Source: Candidatus Kapaibacterium sp.
GTDB taxonomy: Bacteria; Bacteroidota; Ignavibacteria; Kapaibacteriales; UBA2268
Direction of reading: 5' to 3'
Assembly: GCA_937927515.1 (NCBI GenBank)
Contig: CALBDO010000019.1
Coordinates: 2,313 to 66,312 of the forward strand
DNA length: 64,000 nucleotides
In this document: one piece after another, positions 38,609 to 49,500 of the stretch
How positions within the stretch are numbered: the first letter of the stretch is position 1
How the letters are laid out: each line of letters starts with the position of its first letter
Translations under genes and position numbers: made by a program
Notes under the pieces: generated by a model
What the model was told of the DNA's origin: nothing
Seen by the model: the letters and a program-made list of their open reading frames with translations, nothing else
Databases searched by the model: none

Positions 38609-39131
38609 TTTTTCTAAGTGGTTTAAAAAAGAATAAGAATACAATCGTAAAAATTGCAAGCCAATTGTATATTATCAAAAAGGAGAATTTTTTAAATCTA
38701 TCATAGAAAAAGCTTTGAATTTCCTGAGAGTAATAACTAACACTCGAAGAAAAAAACACATACAAATTTAACCTAACGTCGAAGTACGAAAGAATCATTT
38801 CGGAAACAAAAGCAAGGACATAAAGAAATGTGGAAATTAACAACCAGCCCTCTTTCTTGAAATTTGATTTAATCTTTGGTAAAAGAAAGAAAAATGAAAC
38901 AACGGTTAGCAAAAATCCTGTAATGGTATAAATAGAACCGACAGCAAAGTTTCGAACGGTTATTAATGCAATTTTTTCATCTGCCCAAGGACGCAAAACT
39001 ATTGTTTGTTTATTACTTAGCTCGAAAATGTCGTAAGCGATTGAACTTCTCGTTATAGAGCCGCCAATCCAAATAATTATCCCTATGAAAAATAATGTAA
39101 CAAAAATTTTCCCCTTTTTGGACAAATCCAT
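38586..39131 (-). CDS. Hypothetical four-TM membrane protein
   Basis: Four hydrophobic segments. Starts 15 nt after the ligA stop. Confidence 0.65.
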   Translation of the reverse strand: MDLSKKGKIFVTLFFIGIIIWIGGSITRSSIAYDIFELSNKQTIVLRPWADEKIALITVRNFAVGSIYTITGFLLTVVSFFFLLPKIKSNFKKEGWLLISTFLYVLAFVSEMILSYFDVRLNLYVFFSSSVSYYSQEIQSFFYDRFKKFSFLIIYNWLAIFTIVFLFFFKPLRKNEEQRII

Positions 39132-39146
39132 ATGTCAATCCATTTA

Positions 39147-41249
39147 CTAAAAAAGTGTTGGTTGGTCAGTTTTAGTTATCTGGTTACTATCTAAAGGGAC
39201 TTCGTTCAATAATTTCAAAAAATCGTCTTCGTAAAGTATTGAAACTCCAAGCTTTTTGGCTTCTTGGTACTTAGAGCCAGGGTTTTCACCAACTACTACA
39301 AAGTTCGTTTTTTTACTCACAGAGGAAATAACCTTTCCACCCAATCTTTCAACTTTTGATTTTGCCTCGGCTCGGGTTAATGAGCTCAACTCCCCAGTGA
39401 ATACAAATGTCTTACCTTCTAAAAATTTTTCAGAAAACTGTGTCTCTTTCTCCTCAAAATTCAATCCATAAAATTTGAGTTTATCGATAATCTCTCTCTC
39501 TTTGGGATTATTAAAAAAATTCACTATTGATTTGGCAATTTTTTCCCCTATCTCGTTTATAGTCATCAACTCCTGCTCTGAAGCAGACATCAAGGCATCA
39601 AGGGAGCCAAATTTCAAAGCCAAAATCTTTGCAGTTGCTTCTCCAATATGTCGAATACCAAGAGCAAATATTAATTTGCTTAAAGGCCTTTTCTTGCTCT
39701 CCTCGATTGATTTAAGAAGATTATGAACTCTTTTTTCGCCCCACTTTTCGATATTTATCAAATCCTGACTTTTTTGATGCAACTCGTAAATAGAAGCAAT
39801 ATTTCTCAAAAATCCAAGAGTGACAAGTTGGTCTACAACTCTTTCGCCCATACCTTCGATATTCATAGCATTTCTCGAGGCAAAATGTTCTATACGACGA
39901 CGCACTTGCCAAGGGCACTCAGGATGCTCGCAAAAATATGCAACCTCGCCTGGCAATCGCACCAATCGACCATTTAATCCACAAGTGCAGTATTCTGGGA
40001 AAATGAATTTTACTGCCCAGTCTGGTCTTTCCTCTAAAATTACCCCAGTAACCTTGGGAATAACTTCACCACCTTTTTCAACTACAACAGTATCCCCAAT
40101 TCTTAAATCAAGCTCTTCAATATAATCAGCATTATGAAGGGTTGCTCGACTGATTGTTGAACCACCTAACTTAACTGGTTCGAGCTCGGCAACTGGAGTA
40201 ACAATTCCAGTTCTACCGACCTGGAGAATGATGTTTTTAAGCTTTGTGGTGGCTTTTTCTGCTTCGTATTTAAAAGCTATTGCCCACCGAGGAGCTCTTG
40301 CTATGGTCCCCAACCTTTCCTGTTGTTGAATAGAATTAACCTTTATTACAATTCCATCAATTTGAAATGGAATACTGTGACGACGATTCTCCCAATAATT
40401 AATAAAATTAAATACCTCTTGTATGTTTTTACATAACTTTGAGTAAGGGGAAACGGGTAAACCCATTTTTCGCATTATCTCAATGTTTTCACTTTGGGTT
40501 GTTAATTGTACCCCCTCAACATCAAGATAATACAAAACAACACGTAAAGGGCGTTCTGCAACCTCCTTGGGGTCCAGCAATTTTAAAGTGCCAGAGGCAA
40601 GGTTTCTCGGATTAGCAAACGGTCTTTCCCCATTGGCAATTCTGTCCTCATTGATTTTCAAAAAGTCATTATAGTTCATATACACCTCGCCACGCACCTC
40701 GAAGTTTCTCAGTGAGATACCGTTAAAGCTTACTTCGTTAACCCTCAACGGAAGATTTCTTATAGTTTTTACATTTAAAGTTACATCGTCACCAGAAAAT
40801 CCGTCTCCTCTTGTTACAGCCAATTTAAAAAGCAAATTTTCATAATGTATGCTTATAGCTACACCATCATATTTCAATTCCGTAAAATACTCTACTTTCT
40901 CACCCTCAAGTAAATCATTAACTCTTCTATCAAAATCAATTATTTCATCAAATGAATAAGTGTTCGACAATGATAACATTGGCTTATTGTGTACAACATT
41001 TCTAAATTCTTTTAAAGGCTCTCCTCCGACACGTTGTGTAGGTGAGTCCGGAGTAATTAATTCTGGATGTTTTTTCTCAAGTTCTACTAACTCGGCAAAT
41101 AATTGGTCGTATTCTCTATCGCTAATTAAGCTTTCATCTTTGACGTAATAGTGATGGTCGCAAATTGAGATAATCTCTCGCAGACGAGAAATCTTCTTCG
41201 CTACATCTTTTTCTTCTCGATAATTACTTATAAGTTTTTCAATATCCAT
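39147..41249 (-). CDS. ligA: NAD-dependent DNA ligase
   Basis: ELKYDG adenylation motif, TRGDG, NPRNLASG, DGIVIKV, GRTG, a Zn finger, HhH repeats and a BRCT domain (GKTFVFTG). Confidence 0.98.
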   Translation of the reverse strand: MDIEKLISNYREEKDVAKKISRLREIISICDHHYYVKDESLISDREYDQLFAELVELEKKHPELITPDSPTQRVGGEPLKEFRNVVHNKPMLSLSNTYSFDEIIDFDRRVNDLLEGEKVEYFTELKYDGVAISIHYENLLFKLAVTRGDGFSGDDVTLNVKTIRNLPLRVNEVSFNGISLRNFEVRGEVYMNYNDFLKINEDRIANGERPFANPRNLASGTLKLLDPKEVAERPLRVVLYYLDVEGVQLTTQSENIEIMRKMGLPVSPYSKLCKNIQEVFNFINYWENRRHSIPFQIDGIVIKVNSIQQQERLGTIARAPRWAIAFKYEAEKATTKLKNIILQVGRTGIVTPVAELEPVKLGGSTISRATLHNADYIEELDLRIGDTVVVEKGGEVIPKVTGVILEERPDWAVKFIFPEYCTCGLNGRLVRLPGEVAYFCEHPECPWQVRRRIEHFASRNAMNIEGMGERVVDQLVTLGFLRNIASIYELHQKSQDLINIEKWGEKRVHNLLKSIEESKKRPLSKLIFALGIRHIGEATAKILALKFGSLDALMSASEQELMTINEIGEKIAKSIVNFFNNPKEREIIDKLKFYGLNFEEKETQFSEKFLEGKTFVFTGELSSLTRAEAKSKVERLGGKVISSVSKKTNFVVVGENPGSKYQEAKKLGVSILYEDDFLKLLNEVPLDSNQITKTDQPTLF

Positions 41250-41351
41250 TCTTTAAATTAAAAAGTTCTCTTAAACTTTGGTAAATAACAGAAAAACAGT
41301 TTAGAAGAAATATTAAATTAAGAAAATTTGCAATTTCCTTTTCTAAATCAT

Positions 41352-41359
41352 TAATTTTG
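41352..41359 (+). promoter_or_regulatory. Candidate -7 promoter element TAATTTTG for the gene at 41380
   Basis: TAnnTTTG 20 nt upstream of the ATG. Confidence 0.4.
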
Positions 41360-41379
41360 AAAATTTAATATAACATCAT

Positions 41380-43035
41380 ATGAAACTAGTTTGTATAATT
41401 TTAGTTACTATTCTATTATCAAGCGCAAAAATTTACACAAGTGACCTTCAAATATCAGCACTACCACAAATAATTAACTCCAAATTTGATGAATACCCTT
41501 GTACAATTTTTAAAGACCATTTAATTTTCATTAGAAAAAAGGATGAACAATTTACGCCTTTTTCATTCCATCTAAACAACTTTAACCAAGTTTTTAAATT
41601 TAAAATTCAAGAGCACTATCAAAGACTCAAAGGTAGCTTTCTATCAATTTTTGAAACAGATAACAAGAATTATATTTTATTTTCTGGCAAAGAGAGAAAT
41701 AAACAAGACTTTGACATTTTTTTGCTGGTCGAAAAATCTAATAATAAAGCTCAACTCTTTAGGAAATCAGAAATTAACACACCTCTTTTCGATTCCTATC
41801 CACAATTTGTAAATAATGGAGCAAAGGTTCTATATTCTCGGGAAGTAGCCGATAGTATTCCTAACATAGACATTTTCTTTGCTACTTTTGAAAATGGAGA
41901 AATTGTTGCTCCAAAGCCATTTTCAATTGTAAACACTAAAGAGAACGAAATAACTCCATTTATGGATGATGGCGGTAATTTATACTTTGCCAGATGGGAT
42001 TCAACTAACTATAACCTCTATAAAGCTGAGAGGATAAATGATACTCTTTGGGGTCAACCAAGATTACTCCCACCTCCGATTAATTCCGAGTATAATGAAA
42101 TATCCCCCGTTGTTTACAATAATAAAATTTTCTTTGCAAGTGATAGAAATAAAAATGGTTTCGACATTTTCGTAGCAAATCTTTGTTTACCAGTTTTACT
42201 CCAAATAAATTTCAAAGAAAGCATTAAGCTATTTTCCAATTTCGATAAAATTATAATTTTAGAGGAAAACCAAAATGTCATTGAACAAAAATATCTTGGA
42301 ATTGAATCAAGTCTTTTGTACAACTTAGAACCAAATAAGGCATATTCGATTAAAATTTTTAATGAATGTACCAATGAGTCTTTTTTTTCTACAAACTTTA
42401 CAACATCATGTAATGACACTTCTTACACAAAGTATGTCGTTAAATACGAGGTGAGCAACAATTTAACTAAAGAACAAAACATACCATTCTTTTTAACTGG
42501 ATATTACAAACCCATAACAAAAAATAACTTAAATCAATTGAAAAAACTTTTTGATTATAACTTAATAGGGCTTGATGATTCTACAAGTTACGTAGAATAT
42601 CCCAGCCATCAATATTATGATTACTCTGAGCGAGTAAAAAATGCTCTTGATGAAATAGTGGACCACATCGGATACTTTGCTCATTTGTTTGAGAAAGGCT
42701 GTATTTCGAAAGACAAAGTATTTATAATTGAAATAATCGGATATGCAGACCCAAGACAGTTTTCACCAAACGCTCGTTTCTTCGAAGAATCAATTAGCGA
42801 CGACGAGTTTGGTACTTATTTTCCAAAAGGAATGCAAATGACAAACGACCATCTTGGAAAATTGCGAGCATACTTTACTGCGAAAGAGTTGAATGATTTG
42901 ATGATAAGTAAGTTTGGAAAAAATTTTGTAGAAAATAATATTAAGTGGGAAATACGCAGTGGTGGTGTTATCAATGAAAATGAGGATTATTTGTTACTTA
43001 GAAAAGTTAATGTGAAAATTAAATTTGAAGAATGA
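41380..43035 (+). CDS. PD40-propeller plus divergent OmpA-like domain protein (paralogue of 35030..37714)
   Basis: Signal peptide. INSKFDEYP, INTPLFDSYP, VNTKENEITPF, INSEYNEISP...FFASDR repeats. FFLTGYYKP, IGYADP, NDHLGKLRA, LRKV. Confidence 0.72.
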   Translation: MKLVCIILVTILLSSAKIYTSDLQISALPQIINSKFDEYPCTIFKDHLIFIRKKDEQFTPFSFHLNNFNQVFKFKIQEHYQRLKGSFLSIFETDNKNYILFSGKERNKQDFDIFLLVEKSNNKAQLFRKSEINTPLFDSYPQFVNNGAKVLYSREVADSIPNIDIFFATFENGEIVAPKPFSIVNTKENEITPFMDDGGNLYFARWDSTNYNLYKAERINDTLWGQPRLLPPPINSEYNEISPVVYNNKIFFASDRNKNGFDIFVANLCLPVLLQINFKESIKLFSNFDKIIILEENQNVIEQKYLGIESSLLYNLEPNKAYSIKIFNECTNESFFSTNFTTSCNDTSYTKYVVKYEVSNNLTKEQNIPFFLTGYYKPITKNNLNQLKKLFDYNLIGLDDSTSYVEYPSHQYYDYSERVKNALDEIVDHIGYFAHLFEKGCISKDKVFIIEIIGYADPRQFSPNARFFEESISDDEFGTYFPKGMQMTNDHLGKLRAYFTAKELNDLMISKFGKNFVENNIKWEIRSGGVINENEDYLLLRKVNVKIKFEE

Positions 43036-43038
43036 AGA

Positions 43039-45540
43039 TTAATTCTTAATTGTATTTCTGGGCGCCGAAATCTTTGCAAACAATTTGAACCTAGTATCCG
43101 GTTTTTTAGACATAGGTATAGTGATGTAACCTCCCCGAAGCCATAATTGAAATTGGTCCGAGTAGTTTTTGCTAAAGTTCTGCCCAGAGTTTCCACCAGG
43201 AAGTATCGTGAAAACAACGGTGTCATTCATATCGGCAATAAAACGAGCCGAAGGTCCCACTTCAACTTTTTCCAATTTAAATAGTTTACCGCCAGCATAG
43301 TTTATTGTCGAGTTATGACCACCAATTGTGGTTTCTTCGATTGAGAAACTTGGTTCGAGAAAGTTAATAATTGAAAAAGGGTGTTCAAGCTTTACTTTGT
43401 GAATTTTTCCATACTTCCAATCATCAACAAAATTTGAATTGAATAATTTAGATATCTTTTGTATTGCTAATTTGAAACTTTTAATAACTATTTGCTCTCT
43501 GTCCTCAATTTCTGGTGTGGTTAAGTCATCATAGAAAACAGTGGTTGAATCCGAAATGAATTCCAAAAATTTCCTATTTGCGATAAAATCCAAATAAAGT
43601 AATTGTTTCAGAATAGGCTCTCCCAGCTCATCTTTCAGTAAATTTTCGAGAAATGTAACCAAAAATACCTGATAAATAGTAGGGGCAACGTAGTTCTCAG
43701 AAAAAACGTAATTCCAACTTTTAAGCTTATCTAAAGCAAGTTTTTCAATATTGTTCAAAGAGTTCACATTTTTATTTAAAATCGGCAAAATCCTTCGAAG
43801 AACGTATTCAGACTGCTCTGAAAAACGGTCCATTTGCATAACCTGCATATTCAGCACGTCGTCTGGTCTACTTTGAGTTAGCATTTTGAGAATTCTATAT
43901 GCTCGGGATGGGTCGCTCCAATAATTTCCTAAATATATTGATGGCGAAAAGGTTTTGTTATTTGCATTAAATATGATACCTTCCTTCGGGTTATAAATAT
44001 TGAATTCACTATCCAATTTTTCCACTCCAACCCAAGAACTATTACGACGGATAAGGAAGGTCGGAAAATTTGGATGAACGTTATTTCTAACGGGCACATA
44101 TCCAGCAAGCATCAAACCAATATTTCCTCTTATATCAGCATAAGAAAAGTTTAATGCAGGCGAGCCCCAGAATTTCTTCGAATTTAAAAAGTCACTCCAA
44201 TTTTTGGCGCTACATATTAGATACAATGCTTTAAATTCATTACTAAAAAACTGTCCGGTCCACTTAAAAGTAAAAGCAAAATTTGGGGGCAGCTTGGGAG
44301 AATTACTGATATCGTAAAATTTCGGAGCTGAAATTGAATCCTTTAACAACAAAAAATCTGAAATTAATATATCTTCTCCAATAAACCTCTGATAATAAAT
44401 AAAATCTGGAGAATTCTTAACTTTAATGGTATCTAATTTGTAGCTGATTTTTAAAGTTCTTACAGAATCAATTACAAATTTTGCAGTTGAATCCAAACTA
44501 TAAACGAAAAAATCACAATCGTCGAGCATCCCATTTGTAATTCCCCAAGATATGTAATCATTCCTACCAATCAAAGGTAAGGGTACGCCGGGTAAACACA
44601 ATCCCACAACATTAAATTTTGAAGTTGTAATATGTATTTGATACCAAAATGGGGGAAGACTTAGTTTCAGATGTGGGTCGGAAGCAAGTATCGCTTTTGT
44701 TCCACTATTCGTTTTAGATTGAATAGCCCAAGTGTTGCTTCCCTTTTGTCCACAGATGAAAGGATAGAAGCGCTCTACTGTAGAGAGAACATCATGGTCG
44801 AGTTTGTATCCGAAAATTTGTTTTGTTGAGGTGCTATCGAATTGAGGTTGCTTAATTTGGAATGTATCAGAAAGAAATTCATCAAAATTCTCAAATCTAT
44901 TTGGCAAAAGTAAAAAAGCTTTTTCATAACCAATTTTATTAGCAATATCGAAGAAAGTCAAATCCAACCAAAAGGAAAAACTCATAGTAAAAGCCATTAA
45001 TCTACCAATCAAGATACAATCCAATGGTGTCCATCGATTTGGTTTATAGTTCAAAGCTTGAAACTCAACTGGCAGTTTATTCGAAAAGCGCTCGATGTAG
45101 AAATTAACCCCATTTGAAAAGGACTCGAGCAAACGCAGCGAGAATGTGTCTAAATTCTTTAAAACAATTTCCGACGATTTTTTGAGTTGCAATGAGCGAA
45201 AATATTGGTCGAGTTTAATCGCATCCTTACCAAGTATTTCGGATAGTTCCCCTTTAGCTACTCTACGGAGATAATCCATCTGCCAGAGCCTATCTGATGC
45301 CTGAACAAAACCAATTCCAAAGAATGCATCCGATATATTCTCGGACATAACATGCGGAATACCATATTGATTCTTATAAATTTCTACTTTTGTATTTATG
45401 AATTCACATTCGCTGGTATAGTTTCCTTCAAAAATTGAAATTCCGGCAAGGTCTAAAATAAAAAGTAGAAAAAGAAAAAACGACAAGAGTAGGACAAAAA
45501 ACGTAATTAAAACATTAAATTTACTGTACCTAAACTTCAT
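43039..45540 (-). CDS. Penicillin acylase family (Ntn-hydrolase) amidase
   Basis: YGIPHV, ASDRLWQMD, the GSNTWAI autocleavage/Ser-nucleophile site, ASDPHL and GGNSG. N-terminal membrane anchor. Confidence 0.92.
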   Translation of the reverse strand: MKFRYSKFNVLITFFVLLLSFFLFLLFILDLAGISIFEGNYTSECEFINTKVEIYKNQYGIPHVMSENISDAFFGIGFVQASDRLWQMDYLRRVAKGELSEILGKDAIKLDQYFRSLQLKKSSEIVLKNLDTFSLRLLESFSNGVNFYIERFSNKLPVEFQALNYKPNRWTPLDCILIGRLMAFTMSFSFWLDLTFFDIANKIGYEKAFLLLPNRFENFDEFLSDTFQIKQPQFDSTSTKQIFGYKLDHDVLSTVERFYPFICGQKGSNTWAIQSKTNSGTKAILASDPHLKLSLPPFWYQIHITTSKFNVVGLCLPGVPLPLIGRNDYISWGITNGMLDDCDFFVYSLDSTAKFVIDSVRTLKISYKLDTIKVKNSPDFIYYQRFIGEDILISDFLLLKDSISAPKFYDISNSPKLPPNFAFTFKWTGQFFSNEFKALYLICSAKNWSDFLNSKKFWGSPALNFSYADIRGNIGLMLAGYVPVRNNVHPNFPTFLIRRNSSWVGVEKLDSEFNIYNPKEGIIFNANNKTFSPSIYLGNYWSDPSRAYRILKMLTQSRPDDVLNMQVMQMDRFSEQSEYVLRRILPILNKNVNSLNNIEKLALDKLKSWNYVFSENYVAPTIYQVFLVTFLENLLKDELGEPILKQLLYLDFIANRKFLEFISDSTTVFYDDLTTPEIEDREQIVIKSFKLAIQKISKLFNSNFVDDWKYGKIHKVKLEHPFSIINFLEPSFSIEETTIGGHNSTINYAGGKLFKLEKVEVGPSARFIADMNDTVVFTILPGGNSGQNFSKNYSDQFQLWLRGGYITIPMSKKPDTRFKLFAKISAPRNTIKN

Positions 45541-45553
45541 ATTTTAAATTTGG

Positions 45554-46537
45554 TCAAATCCAGTTATTATCTTTGTACCATTTGTAAGTCATTTTAAAGC
45601 CTTCCAAAGGCAGCATTTTTTGCTGAAATCCTAAGATTTGTTGTGCTTTTTTTGCATCACAAATCCAATAACTTTGTGTAAAATCGCGAGCTTTTTCTCG
45701 ATTGAACACCGGCATTTTTCCAGACATTTTTCCCAAAATCTCTGCAACAAAGCCACTTGTATAAACTAAAAAGTGTGGTATTTTTAATTTTATCACCTTT
45801 TTTCCCACAGAAGCCGCAAGACAATCAGCGAGATAACTCCACGAATAAAATTCATTCGATGATAGGAAAAATATCTCACCGTTGGCTTTTTCATTCGTTG
45901 CTGCTAAGAAAATTCCCTCAACTGCATCATAACAATGTAATATACTCAAATACTTTTCATTAAATCCAATCAAAGGAACAATTCCTTTGTCTACCAATCT
46001 AAACATATCCACCAAAGCCGCATCTCGAGGTCCGTATACAGCTGGTAAACGCACAATAGTAATTGGAAAAATATCTTTAAAATTGAGTACTTCCTTCTCG
46101 GCTTCTAATTTGCTTTGCCCGTAACTAGTAACTGGATGACATTCGGTGGTTTCATCAACAGGTTCATTCAATGATTTTGCAGGACCAACAGCAGTTTGGC
46201 TACTACAATATAGAAATTTTTTTAGATGTGGATTGAACATTTCAACCGCTTTCAATAAATAAAATGTTGTATCCCTGTTCCCCTTTAAGTAACCATTATA
46301 ATCTGGTGCTGCTATTGTTCCAGCTATGTGAAGAACATAATCTACATCAACTACTGCTTTTCGTAAACTATCGGCAGAGCTAAAATCAGTCTCAATAAGC
46401 TCGTAACCTTTATCTCTCACCCATTGTAAATTGCTCGACTTTCTGATTGTGCAACGAACATTAAAACCCCTTGATGCAAAATACTCTGCTACAAAACTAC
46501 CAATAAAGCCGGTAGCTCCAGTGACTAATACATCCAT
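45554..46537 (-). CDS. NAD-dependent epimerase/dehydratase (extended SDR)
   Basis: VTGATGFIG, YGQSKLEAE (YxxxK) and RLPAVYGPRD. Confidence 0.9.
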   Translation of the reverse strand: MDVLVTGATGFIGSFVAEYFASRGFNVRCTIRKSSNLQWVRDKGYELIETDFSSADSLRKAVVDVDYVLHIAGTIAAPDYNGYLKGNRDTTFYLLKAVEMFNPHLKKFLYCSSQTAVGPAKSLNEPVDETTECHPVTSYGQSKLEAEKEVLNFKDIFPITIVRLPAVYGPRDAALVDMFRLVDKGIVPLIGFNEKYLSILHCYDAVEGIFLAATNEKANGEIFFLSSNEFYSWSYLADCLAASVGKKVIKLKIPHFLVYTSGFVAEILGKMSGKMPVFNREKARDFTQSYWICDAKKAQQILGFQQKMLPLEGFKMTYKWYKDNNWI

Positions 46538-46541
46538 TGTT

Positions 46542-49500
46542 TTAGTTTTTGAAAAATTGATTAATATAAATCTTGTTTAAATTCGAGATTTTTATAAAAT
46601 ATATTCCAGAGGGTATACTTCCTATAGGAATTACAATCTCACTTGAACAATTGACAGAAGGATATGAGAAACTTAAAACTTCTTTACCAAGAACATCAAT
46701 TATCGTCACCTCCATCGGAAGTTGAAAATCTTCGGTAAAGAAAAAGAGCTTGTCCTCAGCTGGATTGGGATAGAGCGAAATCAAACAATTCGCGTTATAC
46801 TCCACCCCAGAAATCTGTTGCTTTCCAACACCCAATAAATTAACAGCTATTGTAAATGGTTCAGCATCGCTTTCAATAATTAATTTTGCCGTTCGAATCC
46901 CTTCGGCTTTTGGAACGAATCGAACTCTAATTTGAATTTCTTCACCTGGGGAAATGCTATTTGGAACACTTCCAAAAATTTTAAATTCGTCGGCAATAGA
47001 CGAAATTGTATCAATACGCACATTAATGTTAGCAGGCACATTGCCAGTATTTTTCAAACTTATTGTCTTAAGCTTATTAGAGCCGACTAATACTGTATCA
47101 TAGTTTAGTGTGTTTTCGGAAATTAACTGAATTTCTTTTTTTGTTTCTAAAGGAACCAGGTTAAAATCGAGATAAGAGACGCCCAATCCTACTTGCCACA
47201 ACCTGACAATCGATTTACTGATGACAATGTTTGCTCCCGTTTCAATTTGTCCGGTGTATTCGTTCAATACAGTCACCCAATTTTCTCCAAGGTCGGATGT
47301 GCCAAGTATTTGTCCTCCGTTACACAAGATATACATCAATTTTGAATTCTCTGGAGTGAATAGATAAACCGGCACCAAGCCATTTTGAGTAAAATTATAT
47401 TGTCGAACCCTCCACGTTTTGCCACCATCAGTAGTTGTTGCCAAATAAAAAGGAGCAGTTGCATCTGTTGTTTCCTTGTATACAGCCATTCCAACCAAGC
47501 TATCCCTGAAGGTAATATAGTTTACAATAGCAGCGTTTGGAATATTGGAGAAAGACCAACTTTTACCACGATTAGAAGAAATAAACACTCTTCCAGTACT
47601 TGTTCCAAACCAAACATAGTCTTTCCAGCGAGTAGTTGAATTAACGAAACCGGTTTCGTTTGTCTGAGGCAAGGGAATGCCAAGTACTGGTAGCCACGAA
47701 TCGCCACCATCGGTTGTACGACCAATTCCCCAATTGCCATTCTTTGGGTCGCCGAGAAAAATACCTTCTTTTGAATCAAAGAAATAGATTGCATTAACAA
47801 AACCAGTTATACTTGAAACATTGTATGAGGTCCAAACTTGTCCGGCATTGCCAGTTTTATAAATATATGCAGTGGTCTGATTTTGACTACCACTGCCAGC
47901 AAAAGCTATAGTTGAGCTAACACCTTCGATACAAAAAATTGGTTGATTAGCTATATAATTCGCCGAACTTGTCCCCGAACGAAGCAAGACAAAGCCGCTA
48001 TTAGAACCAAACATACCTCCTTGACCCACCACCCAAAGGCAATCAAATTGTGGAGAGGAAGCTCCATACCAAGTAGGCTTATAAGCATCTGGCAAAGTAA
48101 AAACTTTTGTTAAACGATTACTTGAATTAATTTGAATAGGTAAGGAAAGAATTTGATAATCTATATAATTTCCCGATTCGAATGTACACAACAAATTAAC
48201 ATTACCAAGGTACCAGGGGTTGTTTTCAAGTAATGTAATAGTTAGATTCACATCTTTTTCAGATAGAGTTCCGAGCGTACCAAGAGCAAATTCATTTTGA
48301 CTAAGTGAGATTATATTTTGTAATGGCGAAATTTTTAGAGTAACATTCCCAGCAGCACCTAAAAAGTTTTTAATTTTCAGTTGTAGAACTTTGGGATTAT
48401 AATCTGTAATGGCATTACCTTGAGCAAATTTGTAAGAGATAATTTCAATTCCTGGCACACTTGGAGCACTAGGGGAATTATAATACACTGCCTTGTAAGC
48501 ATTAACTTTGCCATAATAGTAAGGTTTTAAATTTGGCTGTGAAATTACCAGATTGTCTGATGTTGAACGAATTTGATGTAAAATTTGCTTAGGAGACCAT
48601 TCCTTGTGAATAGATGCAATTAGTCCAGCAACACCAGCAACTATTGGAGCCGCCATTGAAGTACCATTTTGATTTGAATATGAACTATTGGGCATAGTAG
48701 AGTAGACATTTTGTCCCGGGGCGTAAACTGTAACTTTAATCCCCCAATTGGAAAAACTTGTGACGTTGTTAGCACTATTTGAAGCCCCAACACACAATAC
48801 GTTATCATAACCAGCTGGGTATTGGCCACCATAATCAATGTACATACCATCATTACCAGCAGCAACAACAACGAGACTGCCCTTTTCGAGAGCGTAGTTA
48901 ATTATATCTTGCTCAGCTGGGCTATAACCGGGACCGCCCCAACTGCAATTAATTACTTTAGCACCCATATTTGCAGCGTAGACTATTGCCTCGTATCCAC
49001 GAAAAATCCCCATACCACCAACATCTGGAGAACATTTTATTGGAAGAATGGAACAACTAAATCCGGGAGAGGCAATACCGACGCCATTGTCCGTTACAGC
49101 TGATGCTAAACCGGCAACATGCGTACCGTGAAAACCTTGAATATTGGTTGGGTCATTATCCTCACGATAAATTCCGCTCATGAGTTGTTGAGTAGTCACA
49201 TTCCCAACAAAATCCCAACCCCTAACATCATCAATTTTACCATTTCCATCATCATCTACATTATTTCCGGGCACTTCCTTAGGGTTTGTCCAAATATTTG
49301 CTAATAGGTCCGGATGGTTCCAATCGACCCCGCTGTCAACAATTGCAATCACAACATTCTTAGAGCCTTTCGTAATATCCCAAGCTCGTGGTAAACTAAT
49401 GTTGTTTATCTGCCATTGTTGATTAATCCTTGGGTCGTTAGGTATGTAATCAAATGTCTTGCGAATGTAGATTGGCGTCGCATACTCAACATCTGGCAAT

